Origin: Microbacteriaceae bacterium | Lineage (GTDB): Bacteria; Actinomycetota; Actinomycetes; Actinomycetales; Microbacteriaceae | Reading direction: 5' to 3' | Assembly: GCA_024645175.1 (NCBI GenBank) | Contig: JAHEGB010000003.1 | Coordinates: 30,708-94,707, forward strand | Length of the DNA stretch: 64,000 nt | Part shown: piece by piece, positions 1 to 9,621 of the stretch | Layout: every line of letters starts with the position of its first letter | Numbering within the stretch: the first letter of the stretch is position 1 | Made by a program: the position numbers and the translations under genes | Notes under the pieces: generated by a model | What the model was told of the DNA's origin: nothing | The model's database searches: none | Seen by the model: the letters and a program-made list of their open reading frames with translations, nothing else

Positions 1-2459
1 ACACCTTCACTCCTGGGGGCGCGGCCATAACCTTGCCAACGCCGACCAAGACTGGCTACACATTTGCTGGCTGGTATTCAGACGCTGGGTTCACCACGTC
101 GATTGGTGCTGCGGGAGCTTCATACTCGCCAACTTCGAACACGACCGCTTATGCGAAGTGGACAGGCAACTCTCTTACCGTTACCTATAACCCCAACGGC
201 GGCTCATCCGTGGCGGCGGGCACGACTACTTCGGGTGCCACCATGGCGTCTGCACCCGCAGATCCTACGAAGGTTGGCTATGTTTTTGCTGGCTGGTACC
301 TCGACGCCGGGTTAACCAACCAAGCAGTCTTTCCGAATTTTGCTCACGGCCAGCTCACTTCGTTCACCCTTTATGCCAAGTGGACTGCTGGCACGTATGT
401 GCTCACCTTCACTTATAACGGTGCCACTGGTGGCAATAGCGCTGCTTCGGCTTCGTTTACTACAGGTGGTTCGGCGATCACTTTGCCAACACCGACGAAG
501 ACTGGTTACAGCTTTGCTGGTTGGTTTGCTGATTCTGGTTTCACTTTTCAGGTTTCTGGTGCTCAGTCGCCAACTGCTGATGCAACGCTTTATGCGAAGT
601 GGTCGGCTTCTGTTTTCACTTTGACTTATAACTACAACGGTGCCACTGGAGGCAACGGTTCTGCTTCTGCTTCGTTTACTACTGGTGGTTCGGCGATCAC
701 TTTGCCGTCGCCTACTAAGACTGGTTACAGCTTTGCTGGTTGGTTTGCTGATTCTGGTTTCACGACTCAGGTTTCTGGTGCTCAGTCGCCGTCAGCTGAT
801 GCGACTCTTTATGCGAAGTGGTCGGCTTCTGTTTTCACTTTGACTTATAACTACAACGGTGCCACTGGAGGCAACGGTTCTGCTTCTGCTTCGTTTACTA
901 CTGGTGGTTCGGCGATCACTTTGCCAACACCGACGAAGACTGGTTACAGCTTTGCTGGTTGGTTTGCTGATTCTGGTTTCACGACTCAGGTTTCTGGTGC
1001 TCAGTCGCCGTCAGCTGATGCGACTCTCTACGCCAAATGGGTAACAACTGTTTACACTATGAACTTCGCACCTAACTACGGTGTTCAGTCGAATTCCGTA
1101 TCGACTGTCGCAATGGGCAACTCAACGACTTTGCCTACCCTGTCTAGAAACAACTTCGTATTTGATGGCTGGTACACCGCTTCAACTGGCGGCACAAAGG
1201 TTGGAGTTGGTGGAGCAGCGTATACACCTAGCGCTGACACAACTCTTTATGCCCGCTGGATTCAGTCGTCACTTGTTGGTGTGATTGGAAACCTGGCGCG
1301 CGTTTCAACAATCACAGCCTCAAACATCGTTGATTCGACTTACTTGGGAACAAGCGGACCGACCGGAGTTGCGGTCTCTGTTCCACATGGATCTCTTCCG
1401 GCTGGAACATTCGTAAACATAGATTTGATTACAGACACCTCTTATGCTTCGAGCATCATCAGTGGTGTAAACAACTATGTGATTTCAATTGCGATTAGTT
1501 GGCTTGCTCCAGACGAAACCGTTCCAGACACCAATCCTGGCACGGCAGTTTCGCTGACACTCACGAATTCGAACATCCGAGCCGGCGCACAAATCTATGC
1601 ACTGCAAAACGGTGTTGCCACGCTGGTTGGCGCGGCTAGTGCTAACGGCACAGTCACTGTGCTTCTCACTTCAGATCCAAGCATCTACATTGTGCAGCGA
1701 ACTCCCGGTGCAGCGCTAAGCCTCACCTCTAGCGTCACCACCAGTTCAGGAACAATCAACTGGATAGCTCCAACATCAGACGGTGGCGCTTTGATCACCG
1801 GATACACAGTGACGCTTAGCACTGGTGCAACTTGCACGACCATGACGCTTAACTGTGAATTCACAAATTTGAGTTCGGGTGTCACCTACACAGCTACGGT
1901 TGTTGCTGAGAATGCAGTTGGGGCGGGGCAGATCTCGTCTGTCACTTTCACGACAACAGCAACTGTTCAACCAACACCGCAACCCACTCCACAACCGACT
2001 CCTGATCCTGTTGTGCCACAGCCAACCCCAGATCCAATTGCAGAGCCTGTTGTCACAAAGCCTGTGATTGTTGCTGTTCCTGTGGTCAAGGCTGTCGCCA
2101 AGGTGCTTGAATTCAATGTTCCGTTGCTAACCGGAGTCTCGCTAATCAAGCCAATTACCTTTGCAGCTAACTCTGCCAAGCTCGACCGCATCGATCTTGC
2201 GAACCTAGAAATCGCCGCGAACTTGTTGACTGCAAAGTCGGGCTGGTTGCTGATTACAGGTTTTGTAAAGTACACAGCAACGCCCACCAAGCAAATGCGC
2301 AATCTGGCAGCGGCACGTGCAAAGAACGTCGCAGTAGCTTTGTCTCGACTTGGCGTCAAAGTAAAGATCGGTTATCTAGGCTATGGACCGCAAAACACAA
2401 AGTCTCCGAAAGACTCAGACAGAAAAGTCGAACTTCGCTGGGTTGAAGACAAACCCTAA
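1..2459 (+). CDS. Surface protein, 5'-truncated: InlB B-repeat (Listeria-Bacteroides) domains, FN3 domain, Pro-rich linker, C-terminal OmpA-like domain
   Basis: Repeated 'LPTPTKTGYxFAGW...TLYAKW' units; FN3-like 'WIAPTSDGGALITGYTV...VVAENAVG'; C-terminal 'ITFAANSAKL...LAAARAKNV...DRKVEL'. The frame is open from the window edge, so the TTG at 33 is not the true start. Confidence 0.85.
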   Translation, partial: TFTPGGAAITLPTPTKTGYTFAGWYSDAGFTTSIGAAGASYSPTSNTTAYAKWTGNSLTVTYNPNGGSSVAAGTTTSGATMASAPADPTKVGYVFAGWYLDAGLTNQAVFPNFAHGQLTSFTLYAKWTAGTYVLTFTYNGATGGNSAASASFTTGGSAITLPTPTKTGYSFAGWFADSGFTFQVSGAQSPTADATLYAKWSASVFTLTYNYNGATGGNGSASASFTTGGSAITLPSPTKTGYSFAGWFADSGFTTQVSGAQSPSADATLYAKWSASVFTLTYNYNGATGGNGSASASFTTGGSAITLPTPTKTGYSFAGWFADSGFTTQVSGAQSPSADATLYAKWVTTVYTMNFAPNYGVQSNSVSTVAMGNSTTLPTLSRNNFVFDGWYTASTGGTKVGVGGAAYTPSADTTLYARWIQSSLVGVIGNLARVSTITASNIVDSTYLGTSGPTGVAVSVPHGSLPAGTFVNIDLITDTSYASSIISGVNNYVISIAISWLAPDETVPDTNPGTAVSLTLTNSNIRAGAQIYALQNGVATLVGAASANGTVTVLLTSDPSIYIVQRTPGAALSLTSSVTTSSGTINWIAPTSDGGALITGYTVTLSTGATCTTMTLNCEFTNLSSGVTYTATVVAENAVGAGQISSVTFTTTATVQPTPQPTPQPTPDPVVPQPTPDPIAEPVVTKPVIVAVPVVKAVAKVLEFNVPLLTGVSLIKPITFAANSAKLDRIDLANLEIAANLLTAKSGWLLITGFVKYTATPTKQMRNLAAARAKNVAVALSRLGVKVKIGYLGYGPQNTKSPKDSDRKVELRWVEDKP
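402..1040 (+). repeat. Three near-identical 219-bp (73-aa) intragenic tandem repeats
   Basis: Units start at ~402, 621 and 840; 'ttgacttataactacaacggtgccactggaggcaacgg' occurs at 621 and 840. Confidence 0.95.
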
Positions 2460-2464
2460 AGACA

Positions 2465-2680
2465 TCAAGGTCGAAATTTGATCTTCTTGGCATCCATGAT
2501 TTCTCGAATTCGAGCTATAGCCGACTTGCCCATTCCATGAAGTGCCTTCAGTTCTGCGAGCGATATCTTGCGCAGGTCTGAAACCTTGTAGAGCTTTGCC
2601 GCAACTAACGCGCGTCTGGCAGGCCCGGCCAGCCCAATTTTGAACCATTCAAGTTCAAGCGGGTCATGTTTATCGGCCAT
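2465..2680 (-). CDS. Small RNA polymerase alpha-CTD-like / helix-hairpin-helix protein (71 aa)
   Basis: 'GLAGPARRAL...LAELKALHGMGKSAIARIRE'; start MADK at 2680 with TACACT 6 nt upstream (leaderless). Confidence 0.7.
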   Translation of the reverse strand: MADKHDPLELEWFKIGLAGPARRALVAAKLYKVSDLRKISLAELKALHGMGKSAIARIREIMDAKKIKFRP

Positions 2681-2734
2681 GCGTTGAGTGTATCTAGTTC
2701 GCTGCGAAATAATATTGTCGTCAAGGGGGAAACA

Positions 2735-4477
2735 ATGACCGAACTTCAAGTTGAGAGACTAGTCAAGCTTTATCGCAAGGCACTCATCATCTTGGCCATC
2801 TCAACTGGCCTTGCTTTGCTGTCACTGGTTGCCGAAGTCGTTTTTACGCAGACTCATCTATTTGTTCCATTTCTAATAGGTGGCGGAATCTTCAGCCCAT
2901 ACATAGTTTTGGTAGGGAATGCCGTCGCATTGCCCGGAACACTTTGGCTATATAACCGCGCAAAGAGGCTGAGCGGGTTAGAAGAAAGTCAGGCAAAGCT
3001 TGATTACGAAAAAATCTGGAACATTCAGCAATTGCTCGGTGTCTCGGTCTCAATTGGCGCGGTCATCATGGTGCCAGGGGCAATCTTCGCAGTTCAGATG
3101 GGACTGCCAGGCATAGCGATTCTGCTTTCAATTTTTGGTGGTTCATGGGTTTTCTCACAGGCTCGAAATCTAAATCGTGAGATCAAATCTGATTCGCAAT
3201 CTTCAAGCACTGCACCAAATGCTGAGTCAGAGACAAACGTCTATGCGAAATCGAACAGTTCAGACCCGAAGAAGCCGAATAACAACGGAATAGTTTTGCT
3301 ATTCGCAGCATCGTTGATGTTGGCGATAAATATCTTGATCGAGTTCTCTCTGGTTAGAGATTTGCGCGGAACCCCAGAGTTCTATGGTGCCGACTCGCGA
3401 CTCGGTAACGTAAGTTGGAGCATCGGGTACGCAGGTGTTGCTGACGTTTTGTTTTTCGGCACTTTAGGTGTTGCAGTAATAGTGCTCGCGCTTCGCGCGC
3501 GCAAGCGAATTACAAGAAATCGATTTATCGCGATTTTGGCAATCTCGATTGCGCAGTTGGCGTTTGTGCCTGGTTCTCTCGCTCCATCGATTGCGAAAGT
3601 GCTTGGTCCCAGCCAAGCCGGAATCTCTAAGCAGAACCAAATCGACGAAGCTCAAACGACATACGAATACCTGATCAGCACTTCAGCGCCAGAGGGTTTT
3701 GTTGCCTATGACAGCGAACCATTTCCTGAAGACCAGAACATTCAGTGGGGGCTATCTGTGAACACAGGCAAAGAAGCGCCAATCCGTGAGAAGTGCACCG
3801 CAGTTGTTGATTATGCGTTTGGGCTCGGTGCCAGCGACTGGATGCGCAAAGACACTCGCGAAACCGGCAAGGTCGCAGATCGTGAATCGACAATTAAGGC
3901 ATGCGAGCAAGTTCTCGACGGCTATCCGCGGCTGACCGTAAAGAGAGTTTCTGTTTATAGCGACAGTTTTGTAATGGGCGGTGTCGCAAACGTCGCCCCC
4001 AACTCGCCTCTGACCTTCGACTTGATTCTGATGAACACTGACCCAAAGTCAGACAAGCCGAACACATTCTCGTTTGAGCTCTACATCAGCACTGCATACG
4101 GAATGGACCCGCTGCTGCGCGATGGTGACTTGAGCAAAGGGACCGTTGAGGTAAATGAGCTGCTCAACATAATCGGCCAAGCTCGCCTGGCGAACCCAGA
4201 TCGCAACCCTACCGACCCTGCGTTCATGCGCGAGATTTTGGCAACATACAAATTCGACATCAACACAAAACTCTTTGAATCGAAGCCGGGTGTCGCAGAT
4301 CGAATTGAACTCACGAACTCAGATGGTTCTTACATGTGTCTGTCGGTTGAACCGTGGGATGAAAAGAAAATGGCACAACCTGATCCGGGATGGGGCTATG
4401 GATTGTCTGGTGCTAACCAGAGCTTGAGCGAGCTAAATGGTTTCGGAAATTACATAGACGGAAGTTGTAAGAACTAG
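2735..4477 (+). CDS. Hypothetical multi-pass membrane protein with a C-terminal soluble domain
   Basis: RBS 'aaggggga' before ATG 2735; about 7-8 hydrophobic segments in the N-terminal half, then a polar domain with 4 Cys. Confidence 0.7.
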   Translation: MTELQVERLVKLYRKALIILAISTGLALLSLVAEVVFTQTHLFVPFLIGGGIFSPYIVLVGNAVALPGTLWLYNRAKRLSGLEESQAKLDYEKIWNIQQLLGVSVSIGAVIMVPGAIFAVQMGLPGIAILLSIFGGSWVFSQARNLNREIKSDSQSSSTAPNAESETNVYAKSNSSDPKKPNNNGIVLLFAASLMLAINILIEFSLVRDLRGTPEFYGADSRLGNVSWSIGYAGVADVLFFGTLGVAVIVLALRARKRITRNRFIAILAISIAQLAFVPGSLAPSIAKVLGPSQAGISKQNQIDEAQTTYEYLISTSAPEGFVAYDSEPFPEDQNIQWGLSVNTGKEAPIREKCTAVVDYAFGLGASDWMRKDTRETGKVADRESTIKACEQVLDGYPRLTVKRVSVYSDSFVMGGVANVAPNSPLTFDLILMNTDPKSDKPNTFSFELYISTAYGMDPLLRDGDLSKGTVEVNELLNIIGQARLANPDRNPTDPAFMREILATYKFDINTKLFESKPGVADRIELTNSDGSYMCLSVEPWDEKKMAQPDPGWGYGLSGANQSLSELNGFGNYIDGSCKN

Positions 4478-4854
4478 CGTCTAGCGGCCCAAATGTAAGC
4501 TGCCGAAAAGCCGAAGCCAACCAACGCGTATGCAATTGTGAACCATGTGAGTGGCACTCCAATGAGAAGTGTGAGCACACCTAACGCGAATGCGCTGACC
4601 ATCATTACGAAACCGGCAAGCCTCACTGATTCAACAGAGCCTCGAGTTGAGTGAGAGAACATGTTTCCGGCGAGAGCAACAAGTGTGATGCCAGTCATTC
4701 GCATCGACCATTCGAGTTCGGGAGTTGAGGCTAATCCCAGCAATTCATTGAAAAGTTTCGGTGCGACGACGAGTGCAATCGCGCTGAGCCCAAAGACTAG
4801 AGAACCTGCTCGCAGAACCAAACGAAAACGCTTTGAGGAGTCAGTTGAAGTCAT
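4474..4854 (-). CDS. Hypothetical 4-TM membrane protein
   Basis: 126 aa with four hydrophobic segments; co-oriented with the YciI gene. Confidence 0.65.
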   Translation of the reverse strand: MTSTDSSKRFRLVLRAGSLVFGLSAIALVVAPKLFNELLGLASTPELEWSMRMTGITLVALAGNMFSHSTRGSVESVRLAGFVMMVSAFALGVLTLLIGVPLTWFTIAYALVGFGFSAAYIWAARR

Positions 4855-4862
4855 TGCCTTGC

Positions 4863-5189
4863 TTATCTGAGGTAAGGGCGCAACTCAACCTTGCGGTTGC
4901 AGGCCTTTGACCCGGCTGCTGCGAGTTCGAGAGCGGTGTCGTGATCGGCTGCTTCGATTAGCCAGAAGCCCGAGTAGTGCTCGGCTGAGTCATAAAGAGA
5001 GCCTTCGTGAACCAGGCCCGCGCCGGCTCGGTTGTCGAGAACAGTTGCCTGTGCACCGTGCTGAATTCCACCCGCGGTTATCCAGTGCCCGTTGGATTCA
5101 AGCATTTCGTTGAATGCGTCAATGGCAGCCATTTCGTTGCCGCTGGCTTTTTCGGTCTGATCGTCGATTACAAAGATGATGTATCTCAT
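4863..5189 (-). CDS. YciI/DGPF family protein
   Basis: 'MRYIIFV...AIDAFNEMLESNG...GFWLIEAADHDTALELA...VELRP'. Confidence 0.85.
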   Translation of the reverse strand: MRYIIFVIDDQTEKASGNEMAAIDAFNEMLESNGHWITAGGIQHGAQATVLDNRAGAGLVHEGSLYDSAEHYSGFWLIEAADHDTALELAAAGSKACNRKVELRPYLR

Positions 5190-5248
5190 GTTGCCTATTC
5201 TGCCCTAGTCACCTTGGTATGCCTGCTAAAGGTGCAGCAAAAAACCAA

Positions 5249-6130
5249 CTAGTGCTTGATCAGTTTGCCTTGGCCATTGATCGAGTAGTAGCGAATGTAG
5301 TCAATCGCCAACGTTGCACTCTGAATGGTTGGGTCGATGTTTGGCTCGAAGTTACCGCCAGTAGCCAAGTTGATGATCAAGAAGAATTCTTTGTTGAAGA
5401 CCCACTTGTTTGGCTTCACAGCTGCTGCATTGATGGTGTAGTACTTCTTGCTGTCAAAGTAGAAGTCAATTTGGTTTGCCTTCCACTCAATTGCATAAAC
5501 GTGGTAACCGGCGTTGAGCTCGATTGGGTTGTCAAATGCATAACCCTTTTGCGTTCCATCGCCACCAAAGTAGCCAGGGCCGTGAATAGTTCCGTAGGCA
5601 CGATTCGGTTCAGAACCCTTGCCCTCGAGAATGTCGATCTCACCGCAGTCAGGCCAGGTGTCACCTTCAGATAGAGAAGCGCCGAGCATCCAGAATGCAG
5701 GCCACATGCCTGAACCGGCAGGAGTCTTGATGCGCGCCTCTAGGCGGCCATACATGAATCCGAGTTTGTCTGCGGTCTTGATCTTTGCGCTAGTGAATTG
5801 GCAATCGTCGCAGATGTTCAAGATTGATGAATCTTCAGGAATGCGCTTGGCCGTGATCACCAGGCTGCCCTTGCCATCGGTAAAGATGTTCGACGAGCTT
5901 GCGGTGTAGTACTCCTTCTCGGCGTTGCCCCAGCCGAAGCCGTTTCCGAGGTCGTGGGTGAAGTAGCGCTTGTCGACACCGACGCGCTTGGTGCCGTTGA
6001 ACTCTTGCGACCAGAGCAATTTCTTGGTCGTGGCCGCGGTGGCAGCCTGAGGGGCAGACGCCCCAATAAATGCAAGGCAAGCAACGCTGACCCCGGCTAG
6101 AGCCAGCTTTAGTGACGAACGAATGTTCAT
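5249..6130 (-). CDS. Secreted GH16 beta-1,3-glucanase (laminarinase-like)
   Basis: 'WSQEFNG','GWGNAEKEYY','YGRLEARIK','WPAFWMLG','WPDCGEIDILE'; Sec signal from MNIRSS. Confidence 0.92.
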   Translation of the reverse strand: MNIRSSLKLALAGVSVACLAFIGASAPQAATAATTKKLLWSQEFNGTKRVGVDKRYFTHDLGNGFGWGNAEKEYYTASSSNIFTDGKGSLVITAKRIPEDSSILNICDDCQFTSAKIKTADKLGFMYGRLEARIKTPAGSGMWPAFWMLGASLSEGDTWPDCGEIDILEGKGSEPNRAYGTIHGPGYFGGDGTQKGYAFDNPIELNAGYHVYAIEWKANQIDFYFDSKKYYTINAAAVKPNKWVFNKEFFLIINLATGGNFEPNIDPTIQSATLAIDYIRYYSINGQGKLIKH

Positions 6131-6259
6131 GAAACGCCTTTCACGGATTACAAAAATGCTACCTAATCGATCTGGAACCTGTGTCACGCTTTGATAACGA
6201 ATCCCTTATTTTACGGGGATTCAGTTGCAACGCGATTGACAACTGTGTTTACTCTATTC

Positions 6260-6277
6260 TGTGAAATCGGTTTCACA
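6260..6277. promoter_or_regulatory. LacI-family operator TGTGAAATCGGTTTCACA upstream of the ABC operon
   Basis: Near-palindrome with central CG; the same sequence recurs at 17950 (reverse complement) and 19566. Confidence 0.85.
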
Positions 6278-6308
6278 CATTTCTTATTCAAACTAGGAGA
6301 TTCAGAGA

Positions 6309-7691
6309 ATGGCCAAGCTTTTCGCAAACAAGCGCTTTTTGACATCGGTGTCGGCGTTAGCACTCTTGGGCGTCATGTCAATCGGCATCACGCCAGCCCA
6401 GGCAGAAGACGCACCGGTCAAGGTGACCGTTTGGTCATTCGGTGACGTTATTCAGCGTGACTTGGTCAGGCAGTACCAGGCACTTCACCCAAACGTGACG
6501 ATTGAGTACACCAAGTACAACTTGGATGACGTCAACGGCACCAAGCTCATCACCCAGTGCTCGGCATACAAGCTCACCAAGAAACTTGGTGGCCCAGACA
6601 TCGTTGCCGTTGAGGTTGCATACTCTGGCAAGTGGCGCGCGACCCCTTCTTGCTTTCAAGACCTTCGCAAGATGGAAACTTCGACAACTAACGTTTCAGC
6701 TGGTGTTAAGGCTGGTCTCTCGGCAACCGATCTAAAGAGCGACTACCTTCCATGGCGTTGGGCTCAGGGCGTTGGCTATGACGACAGCGTCATCGGAATT
6801 CCAACCGACGTGGGTGGCCTCGAAGTTGCATACCGCTCAGACCTTTTCAAGGCCGCAGGGTTGCCATATCAGCGCGATGCAGTTAGCAAGCTTTGGCCAA
6901 CCTGGGACAAGTTCGTTGAGACTGGCAAGAAGTATGTTGCAAAGTTGACAGCTGCTCAGAAGAAGAAGAACTTCTCATTCATCGATGACGCCGGAAGCAT
7001 TTACACCGCGATGCTTAACCAGGGCACATCGAAGTACTACGACAACGACGGCACCGACGCTGGCAAGTTGGTTTACAAGACCAACCCAGCTATCAAGAAG
7101 GCTTGGGACACCACCGTTGCTGCAATGAACGCGGGCATCAGTTCGAAGACCGCTCAGTTCACCGCTGACTGGCCAGTGGGAATGAACAACGGCAAGTTCG
7201 CCGTGATTCTTTCTCCAGCATGGATGACCGAGTACATAAAGGCACAAGCGCCAACTACCAAGGGCAAGTGGGACATCGCAAACATTCCTGTTGGTGGTGG
7301 AAACCAGGGTGGAACTCAGTTGACTATTCCAGCTGGTGCCGTCAACAAGCAGGCAGCATATGACTTCATGACCTGGTACCTCGCACCTGCTCAGCAGTTG
7401 CAGATGTTCAAGAAGTACGGATTGTTCCCATCGACTCCATCGCTCTACAGCGACCCTGCAGTCTCTGGTTACAACGACCCATTCTTCAACAACGCGCCTG
7501 TTGGCAAGATCTACAGCGACGGAATGTTGAAGCTCAAGCCGATCTTCGAAGGAACCTGTCAGCGCGCAATCGACATGGCATTTGGTGCCGGACTCGGTCG
7601 AGTTCAAGCCAAGAAGCAGACTTCGGCTGCATCCTGGACGGCAACGCTCGCTGCGCTGTCTAAAGACAAGTGTTTGACTACGGGCAACTAA
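6309..7691 (+). CDS. Carbohydrate ABC transporter substrate-binding protein (CUT1, CebE-like)
   Basis: 'GIPTDVGGLEVAYRSDLFKAAGLP','WPTWDKF','GGGNQGGTQL'; RBS aggaga; followed by two permeases. Confidence 0.92.
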   Translation: MAKLFANKRFLTSVSALALLGVMSIGITPAQAEDAPVKVTVWSFGDVIQRDLVRQYQALHPNVTIEYTKYNLDDVNGTKLITQCSAYKLTKKLGGPDIVAVEVAYSGKWRATPSCFQDLRKMETSTTNVSAGVKAGLSATDLKSDYLPWRWAQGVGYDDSVIGIPTDVGGLEVAYRSDLFKAAGLPYQRDAVSKLWPTWDKFVETGKKYVAKLTAAQKKKNFSFIDDAGSIYTAMLNQGTSKYYDNDGTDAGKLVYKTNPAIKKAWDTTVAAMNAGISSKTAQFTADWPVGMNNGKFAVILSPAWMTEYIKAQAPTTKGKWDIANIPVGGGNQGGTQLTIPAGAVNKQAAYDFMTWYLAPAQQLQMFKKYGLFPSTPSLYSDPAVSGYNDPFFNNAPVGKIYSDGMLKLKPIFEGTCQRAIDMAFGAGLGRVQAKKQTSAASWTATLAALSKDKCLTTGN

Positions 7692-7701
7692 GGCCAAACG
7701 C

Positions 7702-8697
7702 ATGTCAGTTACAAGCGATTCGCTAAAAAGTGTGAAGGGCAGCCGACGCAAGTCGGCCCCTTCGCCTTGGCGACAGAAGAAGATCAAGCCAGCAAAAGAC
7801 ACCGGCGGGCTTGCATCGTTGAACGGCAAGTGGGGATACCTCTTCACTGCACCGTTCTTCATCATGTTTTTGATCTTCGGACTCGCCCCTATCGTTTATT
7901 CAACTGTCATCGCTTTTTTCAACTGGGATCCAATCGGTGAGATTAAGTACATCGGTTTGCAAAACTTCACCGAGTTGCTCGCCGACGATAGATTTTGGTT
8001 GGCTCTTGGCAACACGCTAGAAATTTGGGCGCTATCGACATTTCCACAGTTGGCAATGTCGATCGGTCTCGCTGCGATTCTTCGCAACAAATTCTTGAAG
8101 GGCAAGACCGCTTGGCGCACAGTTCTTCTTGTTCCAAACATCACTTCTGTAATCGCAGTTGCAATTGTTTTTGGCCAGCTCTTCGGTCGCGACTTCGGAA
8201 TGATCAACAACGTCATTGAACTCTTTGGTTTTCCGCGAGTTGACTTCATCGAAAACAGTTTTGCCAGTCACGTTGCAATCGCAACGATGATTACCTGGCG
8301 CTGGATGGGCTACAACGCGCTCATCTTCTTAGCTTCGATGCTTGCGATTCCTGAAGAGCTATATGAATCTGCATCACTCGATGGCGCAAGTGCCTGGAAG
8401 CAATTCCTTTATGTAACCCTTCCGGGTTTGCGCAACACAATTACTTTCGTTCTTATCGTTGGAACAATTGGTGGACTTCAGGTATTTGCCGAACCACTCA
8501 CCCTCGGTGGCGGCCTCTCAGGTGGTTCATCTCGACAGTTCTCAACTTTGACCCTGTTCCTCTACGAGCAAGCATTCGCTAGCTATCAGTGGGGTTATGC
8601 AGCAGCGGTCGGAATCTTGATCACCGTAATCGTTCTAATCGTTTCGGTCATCAACTTCGTTATCACTCGTCGTCTTTCAAGCGAGGACACCAAATGA
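7702..8697 (+). CDS. Carbohydrate ABC transporter permease
   Basis: EAA-type loop 'IPEELYESASLDGASAWKQFLYVTLP'; 6 TM segments. Confidence 0.93.
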   Translation: MSVTSDSLKSVKGSRRKSAPSPWRQKKIKPAKDTGGLASLNGKWGYLFTAPFFIMFLIFGLAPIVYSTVIAFFNWDPIGEIKYIGLQNFTELLADDRFWLALGNTLEIWALSTFPQLAMSIGLAAILRNKFLKGKTAWRTVLLVPNITSVIAVAIVFGQLFGRDFGMINNVIELFGFPRVDFIENSFASHVAIATMITWRWMGYNALIFLASMLAIPEELYESASLDGASAWKQFLYVTLPGLRNTITFVLIVGTIGGLQVFAEPLTLGGGLSGGSSRQFSTLTLFLYEQAFASYQWGYAAAVGILITVIVLIVSVINFVITRRLSSEDTK

Positions 8698-9572
8698 CAT
8701 CAACCTCACTAAAGACTGAAGGCTCAAAGGCTCTGTTGCGCAGAAAGCGCAAGAGCCGCCGCATGTCACCAATCGGCTACTTGATTCTCGCCCTGGTGAC
8801 CTTCGCTTCGGTGTTTCCGTTCTACTGGATGTTCGTCGTTGCTTCTAACGGATCAGACGAAATCTCAAAGAACCCACCGACACTGATTCCGGGTGGCAAC
8901 TTCTTCAAGGTTGTTGCAGACGTCTATTCGGTGGTGCCATTCAACCGAGCACTGCTTAACACCCTGCTCGTCGGAACCATCGTCGCCGTCGCCCAGGTGT
9001 TCTTCTCAGCTCTAGCCGGCTTTGCATTCGCAAAGCTCAGCTTCAAGGGCCGCCGCTTCATGGTGCTCTTCGTGATTGGAACCATGATGCTTCCGAGCCA
9101 GCTCGGAATCATCCCGTTGTTTATGTTGATTTCATCGGTTGGCTGGTTTGACACGCTTCTTGCCTTGATCGTGCCGGCACTTGTGACTGCCTTTGGTGTT
9201 TTCTGGATGCGCCAAATCATTGATGCTCAGGTGCCAAACGAGCTTCTCGAGGCGGCCAGCATCGACGGCGCAGGCGTTCTTCGCGTCTACTGGAGCATCG
9301 TTCTTCCAATCATTCGCCAGAGCGGATTCGTTCTCGGCCTCTTCAGTTTCTTGGCAACCTGGAACGACTTCTTGTGGCCTGGATTGGTTCTTGCATCACC
9401 AGACAACTACACGGCACAGATTGCCGTGACCCAGTTGCAGGCGAGCTATGTGCTCGACTACGCGCTCAACATGGGTGGTGCCTTCATGGCAACCGCACCA
9501 CTGTTGCTTCTCTTCATCTTTGTCGGCCGCAGATTGGTTAGCGGAGTCATGGATGGTGCCGTCAAGGGCTAA
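8694..9572 (+). CDS. Carbohydrate ABC transporter permease
   Basis: 'ELLEAASIDGAG','WNDFLWP','GAVKG' terminus; ATGA overlap with the upstream stop. Confidence 0.93.
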   Translation: MTSTSLKTEGSKALLRRKRKSRRMSPIGYLILALVTFASVFPFYWMFVVASNGSDEISKNPPTLIPGGNFFKVVADVYSVVPFNRALLNTLLVGTIVAVAQVFFSALAGFAFAKLSFKGRRFMVLFVIGTMMLPSQLGIIPLFMLISSVGWFDTLLALIVPALVTAFGVFWMRQIIDAQVPNELLEAASIDGAGVLRVYWSIVLPIIRQSGFVLGLFSFLATWNDFLWPGLVLASPDNYTAQIAVTQLQASYVLDYALNMGGAFMATAPLLLLFIFVGRRLVSGVMDGAVKG

Positions 9573-9621
9573 ACCCTCTTGCTGGCTGACAGAAATGAAA
9601 ACAAGTAGAAAAAGGAAAATC

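Noticed and set aside
6192-6204. ATAACGAA-like words near operators (6194, 17881, ~19557)
   Set aside because: Too short and variably positioned to separate from AT-rich promoter background.
6236-6260. TTGACA as the -35 box of the ABC operon promoter
   Set aside because: The nearest TAnnnT hexamers are 8 and 13 nt away, not 16-18, so the promoter cannot be assigned.
6975-7865. 296-aa antisense ORF and many other overlapping short ORFs in the track
   Set aside because: They overlap well-supported genes and have no protein-like motifs.
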